From assembly GCA_050259395.1 (NCBI GenBank), contig JBLNAO010000102.1:1-35500 (forward strand): a DNA stretch of 35,500 bases, written 5' to 3'. Made by a program: the position numbers and the translations under genes. The number at the start of each line of letters is the position of its first letter. The stretch's first letter is position 1. The stretch comes from Chloroflexota bacterium (GTDB lineage Bacteria; Bacteroidota; Bacteroidia; Bacteroidales; VadinHA17). This document shows, one piece after another, positions 17,803-25,654 of the stretch. The notes under the pieces are model-generated. The model saw only the letters and a list, made by a program, of their open reading frames with translations. It did not search any database and was not told the origin of the DNA.

Positions 17803-20800
17803 TTATTTCAACTTGATGAAAGGCACTGTTTTGTTGATCATTTTACCCTTGATGTTAAGGTAATATGTCGCCGGGGCAAGTCCCGCTCCCGACAGCGTTA
17901 TTGTGTTCCCTCCGCTGGTAATATCTCTGTCGGTGCTAAACATTGCGGCCCCTGCTGAATTATTGATCGTAAGCCTTATCCTGTCGGCATTCAAACTGTT
18001 AATGAATACGGTAAAATCATTCACGACAGGATTGGGATATATTATCAGAGCCTCTGATATTTCAGTGTTTTGGATCTCCAGGTTGAGCGTGTCATTTCCA
18101 GTGTAATCGTCACTGTTATTATAGCCGAAAACAGCAAGATTGTAGATACCGTATTTGGACAGGTCAGCTTTGGTTTTGAAAGCAATTTCAAGAGAATCGT
18201 TCCCGGGAGGCAGAACCTCGTCAAAATGTTGCCGGGTTGCGGGTTTATTGTCTATGTTGTATGCAAGGTTGAATCCATTGATGGTATCTTTACCTGTATT
18301 AAGCAGCATGACCCTAAGCATCGCCTGACCAACGTGGTTTTTATTGATCGGAGTCACTATCCTGGCAACCTGGAGGTCTTTTCCGATATAGTTGACCGAT
18401 CCTGCATTTGCAAAATCAATCAAGTCGATCCATGCGCAGTCGTTACCTCCGGTTACAGAATTGTCTTTTTTATACTTCCATTCCATCTTATTCAGCCCTT
18501 TCGAAACCGGAACAGCAATTTTTGTCCATGCAATATCTCCCGATTTCTTTAGCAACTCCCTGTCATTGAGAACAAAGCTCATATAATCGTAAGTGGGTTC
18601 GCATGATACCTTATACCAGAATTTAAGCGTATCATCAGCCGGGTACCATGTTCTGATGATCAGAGATGATGTCCCGTTATGTGTTATAAGTCCAGATCTT
18701 GCAGAAGTGGCACCTTCATAGAAACTGCCCTGGGTGATAGTCCATGGAACAGGAGAGGTGTTAATCCATGGGAAGATGTTGAATGACATTGCTTCGAAGC
18801 CTTCCCTGATTTTTCCTATCCTGATTGTGAAGTCTCTGTTGATTACGAATGGATATGAATTGAGATGAGATGAAACCTGTATGTAGTTACCTGATGACAG
18901 CACATCTGAAAGGCTCACTTTCAGGGAAATATCTGTTGTCTGCAGGGATTTAAGGAACCTGTTGCTAACTGCGGATTCAATAATATTGATACCGCTGCTT
19001 GAGCTGCCGATACTAAACTGCCCTGATGCATCGCTGCTTCCTTCGTTAACTATTCTGAAAACAAGATTGAATGTTTCTCCGGGGTCTGCAATATGGTCTC
19101 CGTTGCCTGTGCCTGTATCATCGATAAGGACGCTTGTAATGAGTAATTTTGGCGAGTGTACTGTAATGTCGACAGGGTAATGTTTCTCCGAATCATCACT
19201 CTTAACAAGAAGGTCCAGAGAAGCAATTCCCATGTCGGGAACATTTTCTGCTATGTCAACGAGGAACTTGTCGGCAAGGACAACATTTGTGCGGCTCTGA
19301 ATTGTGCCAATGAACGCTGAATCCTGTTCTATGTTTATCCATCCCGATCCGGAGCTCAGTTTCGCGTATACATTATGTGCATCGGAAAGCCCCATGTTGC
19401 CAAGATTCAAAGAGAGATAAAGCTTCTCGCTGAAGTCTGCTTTCCTGTTGTTATTGCCGGTTTGATCGTTAATAACAGCTTCGTTCAGATTCAGGAATTC
19501 CTTATGGATGTTTGAAAAATATATTGTTTTGATTATCGGATACCTGTTCTGACCGGTAATAACTACCAGGCATGAATCATTTGACAGACCAGGCATGTCC
19601 AGAGTTACGCCTCCGGAAACACCACCGAACGAAGCATCCCACAAGGTGTCGAAATGTGAAACGGCAACGTATGCAAAAGGCTCAACAGGCAGAGTGAATG
19701 ATTTTAATCCGTTAGGGAGAGTATCCGGAAGATTTACAGAGAACGGATATGGTTCGCCGATAACAGGGATCATACTGGGATCTCCTACAACATTATATGT
19801 TTCCCAGTAATATTTTTTCCAGCGCGATGTGCTTGAGCTTACCGAAAGATTTCCTGCATAATTGATCTGCCCCAGGGTGTAGTACCAGTCTGCAGGGTAT
19901 TCTTTATGTGTATGGAAGAACCTGTCGAAAACTCCATAACCTTTACCTGAATAATTAGGATTTTCTGTAATGCTTCCCAGTCCGACAGTCCAGTAATAAT
20001 CTTCAGTCCAGTAAGAATCATTTGAACAACCGATGAAGGCTGAAGCACCCTTGTTCTTCGCTAGAACAAGCCTGTTGCCGAAGGATGATTCTGAATTGAA
20101 AGTTGCTGTTCTGCACGCATTGCTTATGACAACAGGATACATGTTACTGTTTTTCAGCAAGGCTGTGTCGGCAGTTTTGATGTCGATATGAAGCCATCCG
20201 CCGGCATCTCCGTGGCCTGAATAGTTGATTAAGCCTGTTCCCTTGTTGATGATCTTTATTATTGAATCTTTCTGCTTTTTGAGGTAAAGATCAGGATCGG
20301 CGCCGGAATAGTAATAAAAGTGGTTCTCGTTTATATTGTTTGCGGCTGTGAGGTAATTTGAAACCAGGTACCTTACCTGGCCGTTCATAAATGTTGCATT
20401 GTCAGGATCATACCCGGCCGTTGCAAGAGCGTTCCTGTAAAACTCGTTTGTGCTTGTGAAGCTGAATTTTTCATATTGAATTATCTTATTCAAGGCAATC
20501 CTTGCTTCGGTGGTGTCTTTTGCAGGAAGCCTGCCGACATACATCTCAGGAATGTAATCACCGTTTCCCGTGAACTCGCCATAATACATGTCGGTATAGT
20601 TTGAAGTGGTTCCTGTGCCGAAACAGGGAATAACTTTGATATCTCCTACTATAAGAAGGTAATCAGGGGCAGGTTCATCCGCAGTAACGGAATTATATAT
20701 TTTGGAAACTGCATCTTTCAGCTGCGAAACACTGGTTCCTGCATATGAAGCTCCTTTATATAAGACCTTTACCCTGAAACCTTTTTGAGTCTTCCATTTG

Positions 20801-21588
20801 ATGAAAGGGCGAAGCTGTTTCCTGAAAGCTGTGTCAGTGAGGATTACCAATCCGGCGGGCTTGTCTGTGTAATCGGGAACAACATCCCTGTTGTAGTTCA
20901 TCACACCCTGAAGGATCGATTCACTAAAGAGCGATGATTGGCTCTGCGCTGATCTGAGGCTGACCGGCTGGCCGAATAGCACCTCTATCTTCATTGACGT
21001 GATGACTTCGAGGGTATTTGATTTCGGATTGTACTGCACGGGAGAAATCATGAGGTTTCCAAGGTTTGAATTCCTTGCTTTTCCCAGGAAATCAATAGTT
21101 GCAGTATCACCTTTTATTAAACCCTTCAAAGAGTAAACATTCCTGTCCATCCGGAATTCCGGTTTGTCCCTTTGAATGGTTTTGGCCTGGCTTTCCTGGG
21201 CAGGGTACAGAATTCCACGTATTTTTCCCGAAGCAGGTCTTATTTTCTCTGATCTCACCTCGGAGATCCTGATTCTGTAGGAGCGGTTCTCAGGAAGGGC
21301 AATAAGCCGGCTGAACACGGGAAGCTCGGGCTTGCCGGTCTCCGAACTTGTTACATGCCCTGGAACTGAAAGCCTGTAGAATTCACCATTCTCATTTTTC
21401 AGGGATTTTAAAGCAAGTTCAGGAAGACGGTAGTTAATTGTCACTGAACCATCCTGCCCGGTTACGTATTCAGTCGCCTCATCATTGGGACTGAACCTGA
21501 TGTTCCTGGTGACCTGCCCGTATGCAGTTATGAAAAAAAACAAAAAGAAACACCAGAGAACAGTGCGCTTTCTTTTTCCTAACCCCAT
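17803..21588 (-). CDS. C25 (gingipain-family) cysteine peptidase with T9SS C-terminal sorting domain
   Basis: The ORF track begins at the TTG at 21591, but the ATG at 21588 is more likely. After the signal peptide come a propeptide-like N-domain (GEFYRLSVPGHVTSSETGKPELPVFSRLIALP) and a His/Cys dyad with caspase-like spacing. The dyad is YSGH460GDAGGW (codon 20212-20214) and VVISNAC493RT (codon 20113-20115). About 700 aa of beta-rich accessory domains follow, and the last ~80 aa look like a Por secretion tail (IIYPNPVVNDFTVF...YYLNIKGKMINKTVPFIKLK). Confidence 0.8.
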   Translation of the reverse strand: MGLGKRKRTVLWCFFLFFFITAYGQVTRNIRFSPNDEATEYVTGQDGSVTINYRLPELALKSLKNENGEFYRLSVPGHVTSSETGKPELPVFSRLIALPENRSYRIRISEVRSEKIRPASGKIRGILYPAQESQAKTIQRDKPEFRMDRNVYSLKGLIKGDTATIDFLGKARNSNLGNLMISPVQYNPKSNTLEVITSMKIEVLFGQPVSLRSAQSQSSLFSESILQGVMNYNRDVVPDYTDKPAGLVILTDTAFRKQLRPFIKWKTQKGFRVKVLYKGASYAGTSVSQLKDAVSKIYNSVTADEPAPDYLLIVGDIKVIPCFGTGTTSNYTDMYYGEFTGNGDYIPEMYVGRLPAKDTTEARIALNKIIQYEKFSFTSTNEFYRNALATAGYDPDNATFMNGQVRYLVSNYLTAANNINENHFYYYSGADPDLYLKKQKDSIIKIINKGTGLINYSGHGDAGGWLHIDIKTADTALLKNSNMYPVVISNACRTATFNSESSFGNRLVLAKNKGASAFIGCSNDSYWTEDYYWTVGLGSITENPNYSGKGYGVFDRFFHTHKEYPADWYYTLGQINYAGNLSVSSSTSRWKKYYWETYNVVGDPSMIPVIGEPYPFSVNLPDTLPNGLKSFTLPVEPFAYVAVSHFDTLWDASFGGVSGGVTLDMPGLSNDSCLVVITGQNRYPIIKTIYFSNIHKEFLNLNEAVINDQTGNNNRKADFSEKLYLSLNLGNMGLSDAHNVYAKLSSGSGWINIEQDSAFIGTIQSRTNVVLADKFLVDIAENVPDMGIASLDLLVKSDDSEKHYPVDITVHSPKLLITSVLIDDTGTGNGDHIADPGETFNLVFRIVNEGSSDASGQFSIGSSSSGINIIESAVSNRFLKSLQTTDISLKVSLSDVLSSGNYIQVSSHLNSYPFVINRDFTIRIGKIREGFEAMSFNIFPWINTSPVPWTITQGSFYEGATSARSGLITHNGTSSLIIRTWYPADDTLKFWYKVSCEPTYDYMSFVLNDRELLKKSGDIAWTKIAVPVSKGLNKMEWKYKKDNSVTGGNDCAWIDLIDFANAGSVNYIGKDLQVARIVTPINKNHVGQAMLRVMLLNTGKDTINGFNLAYNIDNKPATRQHFDEVLPPGNDSLEIAFKTKADLSKYGIYNLAVFGYNNSDDYTGNDTLNLEIQNTEISEALIIYPNPVVNDFTVFINSLNADRIRLTINNSAGAAMFSTDRDITSGGNTITLSGAGLAPATYYLNIKGKMINKTVPFIKLK

Positions 21589-21697
21589 CAATGTTAAATA
21601 ATTAACACTAAATTCTAAATTACCTGCAGCAAGTTATGAAATTTACATGTAATATGTATTGCCTTTTAAAAATTTGGTAAGCAGTGTTGAAGCCCCA

Positions 21698-21714
21698 ATT
21701 GAAATTATTTCAAT
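21698..21714. promoter_or_regulatory. 17-bp perfect palindrome (8-1-8), candidate operator upstream of the MBL/AKR operon
   Basis: ATTGAAAT-T-ATTTCAAT ends 33 nt upstream of the ATG at 21747. Confidence 0.3.
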
Positions 21715-21746
21715 CTTTGTATATAAATGAAAAAGGAGGAGAAATT

Positions 21747-22499
21747 ATGAAAGGGAAAAGCTTGTATACATTGAAAAAAATAGGTTCAGCATTAATATTT
21801 GTACTAATATCTATCACCATGAAATCTCAGGGCATTCCAGAATATGATAAGATAGAAACAAAGGCCGGACCCGTTGAGATGCATTTCATAGGACACGGTT
21901 CCCTGATGTTCAAGGTGAACGGAACTGTGATTTACATTGACCCGGTGCGCAGTTCAGGAAATTACGACTTCCTGCCGAAAGCTGACATAATTCTTGTCAC
22001 TCACGAGCATGGGGATCACCTCGACGCTGAACTCATCGGAAAGCTGAAGAAGCAGGGCACTTTTGTTTTCTGCAACAAGAACTCGTCCAAAACTATTCCA
22101 TGGGCAATGGTGATGACACCCGGTTCAAGGCAGGAGATCAAAGGGATTGTAATAGATGCTGTCGATGCGTATAATATTGTTAATGAAAGAGCTCCCGGCC
22201 AGCCGTTTCATCCGAAAGGAGAGGGGGTTGGTTATATACTTACCATAGGTGGCAGAAGATTCTATATCGCGGGCGACACTGAAAACACACCCGAAATGAA
22301 AGCCCTTAAAAACATTGATGTGGCTTTTCTTCCCATGAACCTTCCCTACACCATGACTCCCGGGATGGTGGCTGATGCCGCTAAAGCATTCATGCCGAAA
22401 ATCCTTTATCCGTATCATTACGGAGAGACTGACACGGAGGAGCTTGTAAATCTGCTTAAAGACTCTAAAATTGAAGTGAGAATCAGAAACCTTAAATAA
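21747..22499 (+). CDS. secreted MBL-fold metallo-hydrolase
   Basis: The start chosen is the ATG at 21747, which is preceded by AAAGGAGGAGAAATT. The ORF-track start at 21684 is a GTG. The protein has a signal peptide (LKKIGSALIFVLISITMKSQG), the metal motif VTHEHGDHLD, and later GDTE and HY residues. Confidence 0.75.
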   Translation: MKGKSLYTLKKIGSALIFVLISITMKSQGIPEYDKIETKAGPVEMHFIGHGSLMFKVNGTVIYIDPVRSSGNYDFLPKADIILVTHEHGDHLDAELIGKLKKQGTFVFCNKNSSKTIPWAMVMTPGSRQEIKGIVIDAVDAYNIVNERAPGQPFHPKGEGVGYILTIGGRRFYIAGDTENTPEMKALKNIDVAFLPMNLPYTMTPGMVADAAKAFMPKILYPYHYGETDTEELVNLLKDSKIEVRIRNLK

Positions 22500-22507
22500 G
22501 ACCATCT

Positions 22508-23701
22508 ATGAGGAACATTGACAGAAGAAGCTTTATCAGGACAGGAGTTGCCGGAGCAGCCGGAATGGCCGCTTTTTCACCTGCTGTTGCATCAGCTTCA
22601 TCATCCCTGCAGGAACAGAAAATCATAACACGGAAGCTTGGGAATACAGGGATGGTAATCCCGGTTATCAGCTTCGGCGTTATGCGTGCCGACAATCCCA
22701 ATCTCTGCAAAGCTGCACATGAGAAAGGCATAAAGCTCTTCGATACTGCAAACGGTTATCAGAATGGCAATAATGAAACCATGCTTGGCAATTTGTTCAG
22801 GACATATCCCAGGGAGTCATTCTACCTGGCTACAAAGGTTAAACCTGCCGGTGTCGACAGGGATGGAAAGCCTTCTGCCGAAACAACTGCCGATGAATTT
22901 CTCGGAAAATTCGCGACAAGCCTTTCAAGGCTCAAAATGGATTATGTGGATATTCTTTATGTTCATGACATCAGGAATACTGATATGCTTGAATATAAGC
23001 CAATTATAAATGCTGTTAAGAAACTTAAAAAGGACAAAAAAGTCAAGTTCATCGGTTTTTCAACACATGCCAATGAACCGGCGGTAATCAGCGCCGCAGC
23101 AGATCTGAAAACATTCGACGTGATCCTTACTTCATACAACTTCAAGCAAGCCTATGCACAGGAACTTTCAGCTGCAATAAGCAAGGCTGCAAAATCGGGC
23201 ATCGGAATAGTTGGTATGAAACCTATGGCGGGAGGTGGCTTCCTGGATAAGGAAAAGACGAAAAAGATTAATCCCACAGCCGCGTTGAAATGGGCTTTGT
23301 CAAACCCTGATGTGACTACCCTCATTCCCGGCATGACTGAGTTTGATCATCTTGATACTGATGTGAAACTCTTAACAGATCTTACTATAACTGAATCTGA
23401 AAAGCTGGATCTCATCGCGGCTTCCGCAGAAACCGGACTTTACTGCACCCAATGTACCAATTGTCTGAAAGAGTGCCCGAAGAACCTTCCTGTTAATGAC
23501 CTTATGAGAGCTTACATGTATGCTTACGGTTACTCGAACCCAAAAATGGCTTATTCGTTGCTTAGCGAGCTGGGTACCGGTGCAAACCCGTGTGGTGACT
23601 GCGGAATATGCAACGTAAACTGTACCAAAAACTTCAGCATAAAAGAGAAAATCGCGGATATTTCAAGATTATCCGTTATCCCTGAAGATTTCTTAGTATA
23701 A
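22508..23701 (+). CDS. Tat-exported aldo/keto reductase with C-terminal 2x[4Fe-4S]-type cysteine motifs
   Basis: The twin-arginine signal is DRRSFIRTGVAGAAGMAAFSPAVASA. AKR tetrad candidates are D79/Y84 (FDTANGYQ), K110 (LATKV) and H153 (YVHD). The two ferredoxin-type motifs are CTQCTNCLKECP (C313-C323) and CGDCGICNVNC (C362-C372), encoded at 23444-23623. Confidence 0.8.
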   Translation: MRNIDRRSFIRTGVAGAAGMAAFSPAVASASSSLQEQKIITRKLGNTGMVIPVISFGVMRADNPNLCKAAHEKGIKLFDTANGYQNGNNETMLGNLFRTYPRESFYLATKVKPAGVDRDGKPSAETTADEFLGKFATSLSRLKMDYVDILYVHDIRNTDMLEYKPIINAVKKLKKDKKVKFIGFSTHANEPAVISAAADLKTFDVILTSYNFKQAYAQELSAAISKAAKSGIGIVGMKPMAGGGFLDKEKTKKINPTAALKWALSNPDVTTLIPGMTEFDHLDTDVKLLTDLTITESEKLDLIAASAETGLYCTQCTNCLKECPKNLPVNDLMRAYMYAYGYSNPKMAYSLLSELGTGANPCGDCGICNVNCTKNFSIKEKIADISRLSVIPEDFLV

Positions 23702-23759
23702 GAATATTGTAAATGAACCGCGAAGTATGAAAAATGCTTTGCGGTTTAAATATATTTCA

Positions 23760-24605
23760 ATGATGAAAGCTAAATTACTTACCCTTCTCGTATTCATTTT
23801 TTCTTCCAGCCTGTTTGCACAGGAGATAACTCTTCCTGAGTTGAGCGGCTTCAAAAAACAAACGAACTATCCTGTTTTTACCCCCGACAACCTGTGGGAT
23901 TTCATCAATGGTGCTGCAGACAATTACCTGGCTTACGGGTTCGTGGACCTTCATGTTGCAGAGTACAAGAAAGGCAAGGATGTAATCAAGCTTGAGGTTT
24001 ACCGGCATAAGGACAATACGCTTGCTTTCGGCATTTATTCTTCCGAGCGTTCTCCGTCATTCAGGTTTGTGAACCTGGGCTCACAAGGCTACAATGCCGA
24101 CGGATCCGTCAATTTTTTCAAAGGGAATTATTATGTAAAAATCCGCACTTATTCCAAAAAGGAGAAAACACTACAGTCTGCGCAATCTCTTGCCCAGCAG
24201 GTCGCAGACATGCTGCCTGGGGAAGCAGCTATGCCGGCAGCTATCACGCAGTTTCCCGGTGCAGGGAAGAAAACCAACGAGGAAACATACATCAACGAAA
24301 GCGTCCTTGGCCATAATTTCCTGAATAATGCCTTTAAGGCAAACTATGAAGTGGGACCGGATGTGTTTTCTATCTTCATTTTTGACAAGCCTTCCCCTAA
24401 AGAAGTGATGGAGACAGTCAACTCTTATTTACAGGCGGTTAAGATGGATCCATCCGATGATGATAATGGCAAGATGGTGCTTCAGGATGGTTATAATGAA
24501 ACCATATTCCTTTCATGGAAAGGCAAGAGGATAGTTCTGATGTCAGGCCTGGCAAAGGATCAGAGTGAAATTGCAGATAGATACACTTCCGAAATACTGA
24601 AGTGA
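23760..24605 (+). CDS. secreted hypothetical protein (no family recognised)
   Basis: The start chosen is the ATG at 23760, giving MMKAKLLTLLVFIFSSSLFAQ as the signal peptide. The ORF-track start at 23727 is also an ATG. The gene is in the same orientation as the AKR gene and follows it after a short gap. Confidence 0.55.
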   Translation: MMKAKLLTLLVFIFSSSLFAQEITLPELSGFKKQTNYPVFTPDNLWDFINGAADNYLAYGFVDLHVAEYKKGKDVIKLEVYRHKDNTLAFGIYSSERSPSFRFVNLGSQGYNADGSVNFFKGNYYVKIRTYSKKEKTLQSAQSLAQQVADMLPGEAAMPAAITQFPGAGKKTNEETYINESVLGHNFLNNAFKANYEVGPDVFSIFIFDKPSPKEVMETVNSYLQAVKMDPSDDDNGKMVLQDGYNETIFLSWKGKRIVLMSGLAKDQSEIADRYTSEILK

Positions 24606-24617
24606 TTTACTGATATT

Positions 24618-25616
24618 TCAGGAAAACCATTCCCGTTCACGGTTTTTAAGCTCAGTGAGCACTTTAAAGGCAGAATTTACATTATCGACAACCTGGAAGT
24701 CGAACATTCCGACACATATAAAATCTGCTCCGTTCTCGAAGGCAAATCTGAATCCATCGGCAGGCAGTATGGCGCCACCTGCAAGGACCTTGAATGCTAT
24801 CCATGGCTTTTTGATGGTTTTCATGTAATCCCGTGTTTTATCAGGGAAGAGATCAAACATGTTATCATGGATCTGGTTGTGGTCGTTTGATCTTTTGGCA
24901 TCGACGCTGAATTCTTCCCTCTGTTCAACAGGATGGGCAGACCAGTATTTGTCGTGATGAAAGGTCTTCACATAAAAATCAGCAGGTATGTTTTGTTCTT
25001 CACATGTTCTGATCACTGTTAATGCATGAGCGCCTACCCCTGCCATAAAACCTTTTTTCTTAATGTGCTCCACAGCTTTTCGCAGTTCCTGAATTTTGCC
25101 TTCTCTTACATAACGGTCAGCTTCACCACCCTGAATGTAGAGGGCATTGGCTCCGTTATCGACAGCCCTGTCTATATCACCCAGGAAATCGGCAGGTTTC
25201 AGATAAGTCTGGCAAATTGATTTCATCTTTCCTTTCATCTCCCTGAGGTACCTGTTGAAAACCGGATAGTTGGGGTTCGTCATGAACGCTGCAGTAACAC
25301 CGGCCATTTCGGCAATATGAAGAGTTTCGATAACTTTTTCGTCGGTATTGTAAGCCTTAAAAAGAGTATTTGCATAATTCAGATCTCTTGCGTGAGCATA
25401 CCCGCTTATCTGATTGCAGCCGATCAGCATGCGGCTCAGGGTAAGATCGCCAAGCTTTCCTTCAGGCAGTTTCCCTTCAACATTCTTCAGTATTTCTGAA
25501 TGTCGCAAACCAGGTTTTCCTGCAAGAATTGCAGGGACTGCTGCTGCAAGAGGCAATGCTGAAATGGTTTTTATGAAATCGCGTCTCTTTCGGAGGGATG
25601 AAAATAAGCTGTTCAT
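24618..25616 (-). CDS. Tat-signal protein of unknown function (possible beta/alpha-barrel)
   Basis: A 332-aa ORF with an ATG start and the twin-arginine motif LRKRRDFIKTISALPLAAAVPAILAG. It lies 38 nt downstream of the multiheme cytochrome gene on the same strand. It has no Cys clusters or other cofactor motifs that I can recognise. Confidence 0.6.
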   Translation of the reverse strand: MNSLFSSLRKRRDFIKTISALPLAAAVPAILAGKPGLRHSEILKNVEGKLPEGKLGDLTLSRMLIGCNQISGYAHARDLNYANTLFKAYNTDEKVIETLHIAEMAGVTAAFMTNPNYPVFNRYLREMKGKMKSICQTYLKPADFLGDIDRAVDNGANALYIQGGEADRYVREGKIQELRKAVEHIKKKGFMAGVGAHALTVIRTCEEQNIPADFYVKTFHHDKYWSAHPVEQREEFSVDAKRSNDHNQIHDNMFDLFPDKTRDYMKTIKKPWIAFKVLAGGAILPADGFRFAFENGADFICVGMFDFQVVDNVNSAFKVLTELKNREREWFS

Positions 25617-25654
25617 TATACCCGTTTTAAAAGTTAAAACAAGTTACAAGGAAA

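Noticed and set aside
17803-21588. Calling the C25 protein the T9SS sortase PorU.
   Set aside because: PorU genes are typically followed directly by porV, but here the downstream gene is an HD hydrolase. The protein also has a gingipain-style propeptide and an ordinary-looking cargo-type C-terminal tail. A phylogeny would settle the question.
21684-21746. The GTG start at 21684 for the MBL-fold protein.
   Set aside because: The ATG at 21747 has an AGGAGG 6 nt upstream and begins a proper signal peptide. The GTG extension adds 21 residues with no function.
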